Position numbers and translations under genes: made by a program. A stretch of DNA of 64,000 nt from Octopus sinensis (lineage: Eukaryota): positions 166,532,001 to 166,596,000 of the forward strand of contig NC_042998.1 of the NCBI RefSeq assembly GCF_006345805.1, given 5' to 3'. Of this stretch, positions 25,191 through 38,919 are shown one piece after another. How positions within the stretch are numbered: position 1 is the first letter of the stretch; each line of letters starts with the position of its first letter. The notes under the pieces were generated by a model, which was not told the origin of the DNA, made no database searches, and saw only the letters and a list, made by a program, of their open reading frames with translations.

Positions 25191-27059
25191 GGAAAGCCTT
25201 CTTTTTTCTGTTGAGGGCTTATATGCCCTCTATTAAACTGTTAGTCATTCATTGCACGGTGATCCCCATAAGCTTTAAGCTTATATAAAAAATACAATTA
25301 TTATTATTTACAGGGTTGTAAAGCTTGGCCCCGTGATAAAAAAAAAACTTTCGCACCGAAATAATAATAATACTAATAATAATCCTTTCTACTATAGGCA
25401 CAAGGCCTGTTGCAATGCTTTTCTTAAGCACCTCTTTTAAGATTTTAACTGTCGCCCTCTATTTTATACCTACCGATAAAATCTTGTTAAATCTTATCAA
25501 TTCTGTTCTAATCGCCCTTTTCGGAGTGAGTCACCACTTGTTCTTGACGCTTGACCCGCGTCAACGCCCCCTTAACTTGTTCGCTAATCTTGTAAGCTGG
25601 GTGTGCCAGGAGAGATGAGTTGAGTTTCCAGTTACCAGGTCCTATCTATGAAGCTTATAGATACAGCAACCGTCGTACAGATTACAAATTTGTGAAATAT
25701 ATGATTTTAAATTGTGGACTGATCGTGGACGTATTGCACAGTGAGTTTCTAACTCACTGTATACCATGCCAAACAAAGAAAGAAGAGAGGGTGCGTGAAA
25801 TACAATCAAATACTATGTTAACTGACCAAGTATGAGCACCGGGCTAGAACGACTGACCCATATAGAAAAGAAAATTATAATCCTGGATCTTATATATGTA
25901 TCACCCTAAAACCTCACTACAAACCAGATGCAGCGGAATCGCGTCAGTAAACAGTTAGCAATCGGTGCAACAGAAATTTAGATACCAAATAATAAATGTT
26001 TAAATGATGTCAACAGTTTTTGTGTGTTTTGAATGGCTAAAGTGTGTCTTCCATATAGTAACTGTTTTATTTTCTTAAGGTTATTCTTTTCTACTCTAGG
26101 CACAAGACCCGAAATTTGGGCGGGGATGGGGCAGTCGATTAGATCGACCCCAGTACGCGACTGGTACTTAATTTATTGACCCCGAAAGGATGAAAGGCAA
26201 AGTCGACCTCTGCGTAATTTGAACTCAGAATGTAGCGGTTACTTCTACAGATATTCTATTGAAATTATAGCCAGCACAGATTTTTGCTGCAACGTTTCGT
26301 CTACGAGTCGTCAGATGTAAACTAACAATGAAATCAACGATGAAAAATGGGTAATTGGCGTATATGCCATATTTATTTCAGTTTCAACACACGGTCTCAT
26401 TATCATTATTCTTATTATTACTGGGCGGTGAGCTGGCAGAATCGTTAGCACGGCGGGCGAAATGTTTAGCGACATTTCGGCCGTTGCTACGTTCTGAGTT
26501 TAAATTCCGCCATGGTCGACTTTGCTTTTCATCCTTTCAGAGTTGATAAATTAAGTACCAGCGAAACACTGAGGTCGATGTTATCGCCTTACCCCCTCCC
26601 CCAAAATCTAACAAACGCCACCAAGGTGGTATGAATCAGCCAAGCATTACCTGCTAGAAATAGCGACCAAAATCAGATCCCAATGCTGGATGTTCAAGAA
26701 CCAAATGAAGAGCAAATTTTCAATCCTGCAATTATCTTGATTCCAAAAAGGTATAATATGTCTATGTAGAACAAATGTAGGCTTTTGATTGATTGACTCC
26801 CGACCAGTTTTTCAACACAAAGGATGAAGGTTTTTATTGTGGGGACTAATGCGCATACCCGAGTGACTGAGGCTCAATATTCTAAGAATACCATAATTTA
26901 GTTATTGCGAACTGCAATAGACACATGTTACTCGGCACAAAGTAGATATGTACACTTTCACTGCAGCTCTTTGCTCGACTACACTGGGTGAATCACGGGT
27001 AGGAACACAGAATTGATTTCAGTGCCTACCTCACCGACCTGCCATAACCTTCGTGTTGC

Positions 27060-27410
27060 GAAAGCCTGATAGCAATTGTGGAAATACAAGAGGCGATTGT
27101 TAAATTACCTGGTTTGGATGGCCTTCCCAATGAGCTTTGCTTGTAGATATCAGCTTTATTTGGAGACCTCTTGCCAGAACTGGAGAATTCGTAGTTCTGT
27201 GAGTCGATAAGTGGTGGCGCTGATGAGAAGGGATCCAAACAAGAGGGATTACATCTATATTTTTCGGCTCTTAGCTCTGTTTATTGCAGATTTCCAAATG
27301 TTGGCCAAGATTTTAGCCGAGATGCTGAAGCTTGTCATCGTTAGTCTGATTGCTGTGCATATGCACACATGCGCCATCCTGAAGAAATGTATCCACAATC
27401 CCCAGAGGAA
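27060..27410 (+). pseudogene. Old Tx1-like RT fragment
   Basis: PGLDGLPNE, ALMRRDPNKRD, MLAKILA and TCAI...IHN align by eye with ORF2 of the 4698-10064 LINE. Confidence 0.75.
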
Positions 27411-27559
27411 ACCGCATGAGAAATAGCTTTATAATTAATTGGTTGGCATCCTTTCTGTCTCGGGAGACAATGGAGTTGCGCATAAAGTAGTCTAGTCCGG
27501 CTTTTATATTTCATGTCCTGATACATTTCCTGCTGTGGCTGTGTAGTCCTATCCTGGAC

Positions 27560-27808
27560 AAACACTCCCTCTGGCAGGTACCGAAAATGTAGCGAAGACT
27601 GTTCCTGGCTGGTTGTAATGCCATAGTCTCTTGTTGACGTCTCTTCTTTTCTTTCCATTTCTCCTCTCTCTCTCTCTGTCACTCCTTTGTATTCCATCTT
27701 TTACGGTACGTCGCCATTCTCCACGGTTGCCGGCAACTGCCACCCAACCGCTAATATTGATGTTGCAGGCCTTCATGTCCCTTTTGCAAACATCTTTGTA
27801 ACGTAAGA
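27560..27808 (-). pseudogene. RTE-clade LINE 3' fragment
   Basis: LRYKDVCKRDMKACNINISGWVAVAGNRGEWRRTVKDG is typical of an RTE ORF C-terminus. Confidence 0.75.
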
Positions 27809-27835
27809 TTAATAATTATATGAAAAATTATATCA

Positions 27836-28229
<394 letters not shown>

Positions 28230-28648
28230 ACGGAGATAATAACAATGATAGTTGTTTTAATAGCAACAATTAGGTTTAAACGTATTATAGTAATTACTTT
28301 ATTTGAAAATCCTCCAATAAAAATACAGAAAAAAAATTTTAAATTCATGATCTAAGTTTTTTAACATGTCAAACTGCAGGGCTTATTGTTTTATAGTTAA
28401 CAATGAGTAAAATTTTACCTCCGGCCTTACTTTACTATCAATCGGATATTAAAGTCCTTTACAATAAACTTCTATTATTCAACAAAGTCTACCTTCCTAA
28501 TCCTTATAATTAAAACCTGCGTTTTTCTTTTTTCCGGTGTGAAACGACAATTTAGAGCATGTACTTTTTTTATTGCTATTTGTTTGTTTTGTTTGTTTGT
28601 TTTTCCAGTTTCAGCTCTTGAGCTGTGGCCATGCTGGGGCACCGCCAT

Positions 28649-28809
28649 TGTGGTGAATGAGTACAGCAGGGATCACCACCCCCTGCCGGAGCCTCGTAGA
28701 GCTTTTTTAGGTGTTTTCGCTCAATAAACACACACAACGCCCAGTCTGAGAATCGAAACCGCGATCCTGCGACCGCGAGTCCGCTGCCCTAACCACTAGG
28801 CCATTGCGC
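28649..28809 (-). mobile_element. SINE-C 5' part
   Basis: Reverse complement of 46573-46730. Confidence 0.8.
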
Positions 28810-29025
28810 TATTGTTAGTATTATTTAAGTTTTTTGTTTTGTTAAATGTTTGTTTCCCGTAACATATAGTTCTTATGTATGTTTATATGCAATACTTAAC
28901 ATAACAATTTATGTTCTGTGTATAATATATCTAATCACACGTTCCATTCTCTTGCACACATACATAAGTACATACATACACACATACATATGTATGTGCA
29001 TATGTACACACACACACACACACAC

Positions 29026-29128
<103 letters not shown>

Positions 29129-29210
29129 TGTAGATAGATAGAGAGAGAGATATGTAGATAGATAGATAGATAGATAGATAGATATGTAGATAGATAGAGA
29201 GAGGGAGATG

Positions 29211-29274
<64 letters not shown>

Positions 29275-29296
29275 TGTAGATAGATAGAGAGATATG

Positions 29297-29333
<37 letters not shown>

Positions 29334-29353
29334 GGATGTACATATATATACAT

Positions 29354-29390
<37 letters not shown>

Positions 29391-29392
<2 letters not shown>

Positions 29393-30085
29393 TGATCGCG
29401 CTTGGGTCATGCCAGAGGCGTTATCGTGCGTATACCTGACCAGGTCCACCAGTACTCCCCATCGCCGGTACTCCTGTACCAGCTCCTTTCCATCTTCCAA
29501 GATGACATCGGGCCTCCGTGAGATTTTCCTTAATCACGTCCAGCCATCTGGTGCGGGGCCTGCCACGGGACATCTTCCAGCCTGTAGCTGCTGCGTCGAA
29601 CAAAAATAAGACCTTGGTAAAAGGATCTGTCGGGAGGCAGAGGACATGTCCGTACCAACGCACACGGCGGATACCTATGAGGTGGGAGTCTGCAGGCTGA
29701 TGCCTGCGTGCATGTAGCTCTTCGTAGGAAATGTGATGCTACAATTTGATGTTCTCGAAGCCATCGATCCTCTTTACCAGGGACTTCGTGAGGGGGCATG
29801 TCTCTGCTACATAGAGGAAAGCAGAGAGGACCGACGCGTTGTAGATGCGGAGCTTCGCCCTCCGGAAGATAGAGCAATAGTGCTAAAGGGGCTTTTTATT
29901 GGGAGCACATAAACTCGGCCGCCAGACCACCTCTGTGGTTGATCTCCGGGATCAGGTCTTTGTTGTCGATGACTGTGGAGCCCAGGTAGGTGAAGGAGCT
30001 GACAAACACTACGATGTCAGAGCCAATATAGAGGTGGGGAGGGTCCGGGCCATCGTCGACATGCATCATTTTGGTCTTTTGGAGT
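29391..30085 (-). pseudogene. 5'-truncated RTE-clade LINE with (CA)n tail
   Basis: KTKMM...FTYLGS...EINHR; RWYGHVL...GRPRTRWLDVI; ends in (CA)n at 29356-29390. Confidence 0.85.
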
Positions 30086-30745
30086 ATCATTCTTGAACGT
30101 TTTTTTTCTAGCAGCCTCGAACGCATAATATGCTATTTACTGTTATGTACGTGACGGAACAATTTTTTCCATCAGAAACACCCGAGTTTCGACAAATGTC
30201 ATGTCAGCCAGGAGTGACCCCAAACCTTTGAACCTAAACAAGAGCTTGCGTCCCCTACAGCACACGTTTTAGGATTGTTCTAGCTGACATACAGTATACG
30301 TGACCAAGCAATAGAGACGTCGTAGCTTAAACAAGAGGGTTTGAGCCAAGACCTCATTGTTGGTAACTCTATCAGTCAACAACTCAATGAGCAGATTGCA
30401 GAATTCGAAGGATTCGAGACACAAGTTAAACGGCCAGAAGTTTGGCATCTTACAAATATATGCGTACACAGTTAATCTAATGCCGGGTGAATTTCGTTGT
30501 TTTCTTTCTCTGCCTACGTGATATGTTTTTGAGCATATATTGTCAGGGAGTTGTTTCTTATAGTAGAAGAAATAGCTTTTTTTTGGCTGCTATTTCTAAA
30601 GTTCGGTGTGTAGTGAAGCAAATTATTTTGCCTAACCCTTATTATAATAAATATTGTTTAAATTTACCGATAACGGTCTTTTACATACCGAATCACTACT
30701 TGGTGGAATTATTAATTATTAATTGATTAATTAATTTTACCCTTT

Positions 30746-30812
<67 letters not shown>

Positions 30813-31383
30813 TAAAATTCAGGGTTTCTAAATACAGTGAACTCTCGCTTATCACCGTTTTTGATGCCACAGTTCTTGAATTAGCATGTTTATAAATTAG
30901 ATAGCAGTTTCTGAAAAGCATATTACATATACAGTATCAAAATACTGTATTACTAATCAATTCTACTGTAGACGCAAGGCTTGAAAATTGGTGAGAGGGG
31001 AAGATAATAATTTACATTGGCTCCAGAGCGCAACTAGTACGTATTTCATTGATCCCCGGAAGGATAAAGGCGGGATTTGAATTCAGAACATAAAGCCAGA
31101 AGAAATGCCGCTAAGCATTTCGACCGGCGTGCTAAAGATTCTACCAGTTCACCGCCTTATATTGTTACTAATAATATTGAAGATGAAACAAGGAATCAGA
31201 GCTGATGACAAACTTATACAAGGGGGGCCAGCATTATCCGGAGCTACAAATAATATCGGGTTACACGCACACATATGTATATCTTATTCAGCTGATCAAC
31301 TTCCCTATCGATCATAGTAGACTTCTCTCTCTCTCTCTCTCTCTCCTTCTCGTCTCTCTCTCTCCTCTCTCCTCTCCTTCCTC

Positions 31384-31415
<32 letters not shown>

Positions 31416-31959
31416 CTCTCTCCTCCATCTCTCTCTCTCTATTCAGTATATACAAAAGATATCCTAATTCCCGAGAAAAACCAAAACACGTCCTTTTTTG
31501 ACTTGCATAAAAAGTTAGTAAAATCTTTTGCAAAATAAGACAACAATCTCAGCCATATGTTTTAGGTATGATATCTGTAAGTCGTCAGTTTTGTTAAGGA
31601 TAAGTAAAATGTATTTAAAAATCGATAATTTGGGGGGAACAAGATTTCCTATCTCTGGAATGCAATAGCACTGAAAAGATACGCGTTTTAGTTATTTGAA
31701 ACTTAAATCATTAGAGGATCCTTTTAAGTTCTATTTTGATGGCGGCACTGCATCAAAGTTAGTTTCCTCCTCAACATTAGGGAAAGTATGTACTTGCCAA
31801 GAATCGCAGGTTCTATTCCATCAGAGACATCTTGTTTTTTTTTTTTTTGTCTGATACTTAATTTTGAAATGACCGTTCAAAATACCTCTAAATTGTTACT
31901 ACAATAAAGGACTCTGTATAATAGAATTTAATTTACATATATTTATATATATACATATC

Positions 31960-32021
<62 letters not shown>

Positions 32022-32024
<3 letters not shown>

Positions 32025-33174
32025 CCAATTAAGGACTGAACACGAAAAAGTGGACAGTCAACATGCTAGATATAGACGTCAAATCGCCATTCTCCACAAA
32101 AAGTCTATGTTCTCAGATCAAACAACTCAAACCAAACCAAAACAATAAACAAGTGAAAAATATACGAAATAATATTTACCCATGTACTAAATTCAGTTCG
32201 GCTGTTATTTTCCGCAAGGAAAAGTGCAACATCATCAGCATGGTCCCATATAAAATGTAATTTGCTGTACTAAATGCCAACACGATACCGAAATATCGCG
32301 TGCATGGAGTACGGCCTATTACATTTGAATATATATTTCAAATGTCTCTAATTTTGGCGCGATGAGACCCGAGAAAACTAGCCTGCAGCTAATAGTTAGC
32401 AGCAGTTAATTTATCGGTTAGAGAACAAATATTTATATAACATTAAATTTAGGGTAAAAATTGATATTTATCAATTAGAACCAGTGGTCTAGCATATTAA
32501 AGAAAGAATCCGAAGATTAAAATATACCAATTAAGGACTGAACACGAAAAAGTGGACAGTCCTTAATTGGTATATATAAATATTTTAATCTTCGGATTCT
32601 TTCTTTAATATGCTAGACCACTGGTTCTAATTGATAAATATCAATTTTTACCCTAAATTTAATGTTATATAAATATTTGTTCTCTAACCGATAAATTAAC
32701 TGCTGCTAACTATTAGCTGCAGGCTAGTTTTCTCGGGTCTCATCGCGCCAAAATTAGAGACATTTGAAATATATATTTCAAATGTAATAGGCCGTACTCC
32801 ATGCACGCGATATTTCGGTATCGTGTTGGCATTAGTACAGCAAATTACATTTTATATGGGACCATGCTGATGATGGCTGCACTTTTCCTTGCGGAAAATA
32901 ACAGCCGAAACTGAATTTAGTACATGGGTAAATATTTATTTCGTATATTTTTCACTTGTTTATTGTTTTGGTTTTGTGTTGAGTTTGATCTGAGAACATA
33001 GACTTTTTGTGGAGAATGGCGATTTGACGTCTATATCTAGCATGTTGACTGTCCACTTTTTCGTGTTCAGTCCTTAATTGGTATATATAAATATTTTAAT
33101 CTTCGGATTCTTTCTTAATATGCTAGACCACTGGTTCTAATTGATAAATATCAATTTTTACCCTAAATTTAATG

Positions 33175-33180
<6 letters not shown>
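32022..33180. mobile_element. Palindromic/tandem HHR-bearing element (Penelope-pLTR/retrozyme-like) in (TA)n
   Basis: 502-bp unit (accaattaaggactg at 32024 and 32526). 32022-32540 is mirrored by 32557-33084, then a further partial unit follows. (TA)n on both sides. Confidence 0.8.
32862..32927 (+). ncRNA. Type I hammerhead ribozyme with canonical core
   Basis: ccatg-CTGATGA-t-ggctg...ttttcc ttgc ggaaaa...cagcc-GAAA-ct gaattt ag-TA-catgg. All three stems pair; predicted cleavage after GUA (32922). The mirror copy at 32180-32243 lacks one A of GAAA. Confidence 0.8.
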
Positions 33181-33247
<67 letters not shown>

Positions 33248-33251
<4 letters not shown>

Positions 33252-33912
33252 GATTTCTTTTCCTCTGTCTTCCCATCTCTGGATCTTTCCTTCTCCTATG
33301 TTTCCGACGAAGAGCTCCGCTCGAAACGTTAATCCCTCCTTCTTCCCTTCCTTCCTGAGCGTCCAATAATACTATATTTGTTCCACGTCCACGCGTTGTT
33401 GTGTTTTCATGTTTGGATTAACTTTATATACCGCACGCTCACACAGACCCCGGCCTTCCGACTGCCTTGGATAACCAATTCCTGGATTTTTACACACACG
33501 GATTGCTCTTACTATTCCTCCGGTGTACGCCACTGTAATTGTGACTGGAAATCAAAAACATTTGTCCGTGACTCTTCCACTTTTTCCTCGTCCTCTTTTT
33601 ACCTTTCTTCTTCTACTTCCACTTTTCCACTTGTGTCGCCACCACTGCATTTCCTTCCGGTCATTCAAAATGTGACCGCGTGTGTACCGTTGGCGATTTT
33701 TTTTCCTCTGTCTTCCCTTCTCTGGATCTTTCCTTCTCTGGATCTTTCCTTCTCTGGATCTTTCCTTCTCCTATGTTTCCGACGAAGAGCTCCGCTCGAA
33801 ACGTTAAACCCTCCTTCTTTCCTTCTTTCTTGAGCGTCCAATAATACTATATTTGTTCCACGTCCTCGAGTTGTTGTGTTTTCTCTTTGTGTTTTCATGT
33901 TTGGATTAACTT

Positions 33913-33915
<3 letters not shown>
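33248..33915 (+). mobile_element. Non-coding element with direct terminal repeats, each carrying an HHR variant
   Basis: 33248-33430 is repeated at 33692-33915 around a ~260-bp interior. HHR-like gttt-CCGACGA-a-gagc tcc gctc-GAAA-cg-TT-aa at 33300 and 33775. A lone 3' end lies at 20487-20563. Confidence 0.7.
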
Positions 33916-33962
<47 letters not shown>

Positions 33963-34869
33963 ACCGGCTTCTTTCAGTTTCCATCTACCATATCCTCTCA
34001 CAAGGCTTTGGTCGGCTCAAGGCTATAGTAGAAGACACCTGTCCAAGTTGCCACGCAGTGGGACTGAACCCGGAACCATGTAGTTGGTAAGCAAGCTACT
34101 TACCACACAGCCTCTCTCCTGCGCTTGTGTATATAAAATTTCATTAAAAAAAAAGTATCTATTTTTCATACTATGAGAAAACATAATCAGCGACTTTAAT
34201 TAATTTTTCTGCTCATTATAGCAAGTATGAGACGGCCTACATTACTAATAAAATTTCGTTCCAAACGGGTCCTCTTTCTATTCATCCCAGTTAGTCTTAA
34301 TTTAGTTAGTTGTTGATATAGATTTCAAAATGAATTTCGGAAAACGTTCATTGACACTAATAAATATTTGTATTTACTATGGCAAAATTTCAATTGGCAG
34401 GCGTCTAAGTCTTCAAGCTTGTGTGTGTGTATGTGTGTTTGTGTATGATGTATGCATGTATATGTATGGATTATGTATGTATGTATGGTGTATGCATGTG
34501 TGTATGCATATTTGTATGTGTGTATGTACGCACGTATACATCTATTTATGTATGTATGTATGTATGTAATTGAGTATGCAATTCTGTTTGTATTATATGT
34601 GCGCATGTATGATGTATGCGTGTGTGTGTGTATGCATATTTGTATGGGTGTATGTATGTATGCACGTATACATCTATTTATGTATGTATGTATGTATGAA
34701 TGTATGTATGTAATTGAGTATGTGATTCTGTTTGTATTATGCGTGTGCGTGTGTGTGTGTCGAAGAGAGACACATACAGTGCGATAGACAAATAGTAAGA
34801 GGGTGGGAGGGAGACAGAAAGAAAGAAAGAAAGAGAGAAAGAAAGAAAGAAAGAAAGAAAGAAAAGAAA

Positions 34870-34902
<33 letters not shown>

Positions 34903-35311
34903 GAACGAGACAGTGAAGGTGAAAGAGAGAATGAGGAAAAGGATGACGAAAAGAACTGGAGAAAAAAGCGGCAATACTGTAAAAGGGTTTAAAAGCTGGA
35001 GGAGATGATAGAGATACGACAGAAAGAAAAACAGTTAAAATGCCAACAAATAAACAAGAAATATATATAGTGTCGGAGTGACTATGAGAGAAAACCTTCA
35101 GCTAGCCAGTCAGTCTGTCAGGCAAGTTGTCACCCAGTCTGCAGGACAAATAAACGAAATACAATGTGAAAGACACATTTACTAAAGATGAGTGAATACC
35201 AGACACCGTAGCCAAAGAGTGTTTCTAAAACGGTGGATACATATATAGATAGATATAAAGATGTGTGAGTCAGTGTGTGCGTGCGCGCGAGCGTCTATGT
35301 ATGTATGTATG

Positions 35312-35345
<34 letters not shown>

Positions 35346-35404
35346 TGTATGTATGTATGTATGTATGTATGTATGTATGTATGAATATGTGTATATATAC
35401 AAAT

Positions 35405-35700
35405 CCTTAAATCCTTAAAAATGTTTCAGCTCGAAAACTGCGGCCATGCTGGGGCACCACCGTTGAATGAGGCATTTAGGAATGATATTGAAGAGCTGTG
35501 GTCCCCTGAAACCCAAGCTGTTGCAGTATCTGGTCCTGTATTTTGATGGTGATGTTAGGATCTTTGGCACCATGCAGTGGCGCCCCGTTCTGCTGTTAGG
35601 GTAACTTTCAATGCCAAAATTCGGGACAAGACCCTCCAGGATTTTCCAGATGTATATCACTGCATATCTCTCCCGCCTTCGCTCCAGGGAGAAGAGTTTT
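35405..35700 (-). pseudogene. CR1-group LINE 3' fragment
   Basis: KLFSLERRRERYAVIYIWKILEGLVPN...RGPQLFN; 3' end ggtggtgccccagcatggccgcag...gctgaaaca followed by a repeated ttaaggat. Confidence 0.8.
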
Positions 35701-36229
35701 GATACATTTATATGTATATATAAATTTATGTATGTATGAAAATGTGTGTGTGTATATATATATAAGATTAGTGTAAAATATGATTGTTCCATAACTTAAA
35801 TATTCCTTTAGCTGATACTAGAGATTAGTATTTTATTGATATTAGCTAAATAAGCAAATATATAATTTTTAGTCTAATATATTTGAATTATTATACTTTT
35901 TCTAAAAAATATTCTCTATTGGTGCTAATAAGCTACATATACTTTACCATAGTATTAGTAATTAAGCTATTTTATTTCCTTTTCTATGGTGTTCTGCCCT
36001 ACTTGATTATTTTATTTTATTTCTTTATTATTTTATAATTAGCCTTTATTTATTTATAAAATTAACCTAATTTTTGTATCTCTATAAATTCATACTTAGC
36101 TTATATAAAACTATATTGGTATATTTACTACTTATAAAAAAACTGCTTAGATTACAATTTTATTAATATATAATTAGCATGTTCCTTTACCTCAATGCTC
36201 CTTTATTAATACCAGTATATACCAATTAA

Positions 36230-36765
36230 TCAATATTCACAGATACCATCTGATGAGTTGGTATTTAAGTGTACAATATGTATAAATATTAAACTATTTC
36301 TGGATAATTTCTTTTCCTCCCTCTATTGCAAAAGTTTGGTACATACTCAAAAGTATTCATAAATTTCTATCCTTTTATTACAATATTCTTCTTAATAATC
36401 CTCTGAATAACCCTAAACTTTAACTGTATACAATATAGCAACATTGCTTAAAATATTTAACTATAGTACTACATACGACTTCCACTGTTTCATTATCAAT
36501 GGTCTGCTAGTGGGCGATCCCCTTAATTGTCAGTTAACATCTTTTAAGTTTTCCTTTACCAAACCTCATGATATTGCTTCTAATAAATCTTGAATTTTAT
36601 AACTATACCAACTATGATGTCTGTCTGCTCCCTCAGCCCTACCCCTGTTCTCTCAGCCTTAGATATACAAGGGTTTTGATAAACTAGTCTATAAATTAAA
36701 ACTGACCCCATAAAAACAGAAACAAAAAAAATCAGTGACGGGCAGAGTCTGTAACAATGTATATC
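36230..36765 (-). pseudogene. Possible highly decayed Penelope-like RT
   Basis: Faint motifs in the expected order on the minus strand (LLQTLPV ~ SLFTxVP, GSP, FAIE ~ FTxE, PTH); adjacent to an HHR-bearing pLTR-like segment. Confidence 0.3.
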
Positions 36766-36904
36766 TTCTTGAAAAGCTTAGTAACTTCTATGCTGGAATA
36801 AGAACAGTATGTTCTTTGTTTATCTCATTAACTTCTTGGAGATTTTAGGTATACTTATACTAATGTGTCCATCTGTTCTAATTTAATTAAATTCTATGTC
36901 TTTG

Positions 36905-36991
36905 TGCAGCTGAAGATTGCTCTGCATTTTAAATTGATGTAATGACTGCATTGTTCAATTAAATGGAGTTAAATGAAACGATCGTACTGCA
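36905..36991 (+). ncRNA. Type I hammerhead ribozyme with extended stem II
   Basis: tgcag-CTGAAGA-(58-nt imperfect stem II)-GAAA-cgatcg-TA-ctgca: perfect stem I and palindromic stem III. A truncated relative lies at 48645-48752. Confidence 0.72.
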
Positions 36992-38919
36992 TTACCTCTG
37001 GATAACCTTGTTCCTTATTTTGATTTTAGTCACCTTACTTTGAAATTGTATGGATAATACCGTACTAAATTCTGGTGCCTCAACTTAAGTACCATGTTCA
37101 TCTGAATCTAAATTTTTGCTGAACTCATCTACCATACCCAATATATAGATATATATGTACGTATGCATGTATGAATGTGTATATATATGTATTGTGTATT
37201 TATGTATTGTGTATTTATATATATATGTCACATGTGTAGATATGTATCAATATATATATATATATATATGTGTGTGTATATATATGTATGTATGTATGTA
37301 TATATATATATGTGTGTGTGTATATGTGCGTGTGTATATGTGCGTGTGTATATGTATGTACAGGTATATATATATATATACGTATCAATCATTTAGAATA
37401 TATACGTAAACATACATATGTGTGAGTGTGTGTATGTGTATAAATACAGACATGCATACATACAGACATACAATTAAAGATGTTTTTTTATATACCTATT
37501 CGTGCGTGCGTAGGTGTGCTTGTACGTATTCTTGCGCAGATGCGTTTTAGAATCTAGCTACATAAAAAAGAAAATGAGGGCCCTGAATGCTGTTGCCTTA
37601 AGCTCCTCTTATCATTACAGAAATTTGGAGATATTCTGTGTTGCTTGCCACCATCTAACTTCGCTCTTTCTGAGAATCTGAGATATAAATGCAAAACTAA
37701 ATTATTCAAGCAAATTAGCTAGTTGGAAAATATCTAAGGTCTTTTCTGTTTGCTTGCTAATTTTCAATCTTTTTAATTTCTATTCAAATTGATTTCATAT
37801 TCGGTGTAATGATGTAGTTTTATATGCTAATCAATGCCATGAAATTCATTTCGCCATAAATCAATTAATAGCTTTTAAAGTTTGCAAATTTTGAGCAATT
37901 TTAGCCAATCGTAAGCCACAGACTCATTCATACTTGTTTCCATAGTATCAAACCAAGCACGAGAACTCTTTTGTCTGCGAGAAAGCACGTGCTGATAAAT
38001 ATATTCTACTCATTGAGGTAGTCGTGAAATGTGCTAAAGATAACGGCCTTATAGGCCTTAAATCACGCACCCACAATTTTTTTTTTTTTTGCATATTCGT
38101 ATGAATTCCCATGTGCAGAATACAAATTCGCAAAAAATTTCTGAAAATTCCCAAAAATAAGACAAGGTATGAGGGGTTATATGGCTTGCGTAAAGCAGAA
38201 TTGGACCAATATTTCATCTGTTTACAGTTGATAAAACGTGCTGTCACGCACAAAATTATCAAACTTTTAACCTCTAGAATTTTTTTTTTCTGGAAAAAGT
38301 GAAATATCTCCTGAGATTTAACTTGGAAAATTACATTAATACACCAAATTCTTCAGTTTTTAATAAACTTTGAAGTTTTCGCAAGTACAGCCAAACAGAA
38401 AAGATCCAATCTCTACAAGAGATGAAAACAGTAACAATAGTGAGAAGTAATGTTTATCGTCACTTCAACATGGCTGTTATGCAAGCAAAACAGTGAATCT
38501 CTATCATCTTCCAGTCACGAGACCACCACACTGTACGGTTTCGAGCTGTTTGTAATCATCCTCGGTGGTAGATACTCGCCCACTAGAGACAGCTGTAGTT
38601 CACTCCATTTTTCAACTATTACTATATGATTCTATGGTCGCTCTGCTCAAAGATAGTGATAAGAGGCACAAAGGGAGAGAAAATGATTGAAATGAAGATA
38701 TGTTGAATATAATAGTCTGTGGTTATTCATGTCCGCTATATTTTGTTCTAGACATCAAGCGCTTCAGCAAGCTTTTAATTTTTATTGTGTCTCTTTTAGA
38801 GCCTTATCAATTTAACACACGCACCGGTCTGATTTCCACTCATTAACTTTTTTTTTTTTTTACTAAATTTTCGTTGTATCTTGTAACCTTTTCAATAGTC
38901 GTTGACTCTATCTTCCATC

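Noticed and set aside
38525-38568. Degenerate HHR on the minus strand (CCGAGGA...GAAAccgTA)
   Set aside because: Stem II is weak, stem I is out of register, and there is no second copy to support it.
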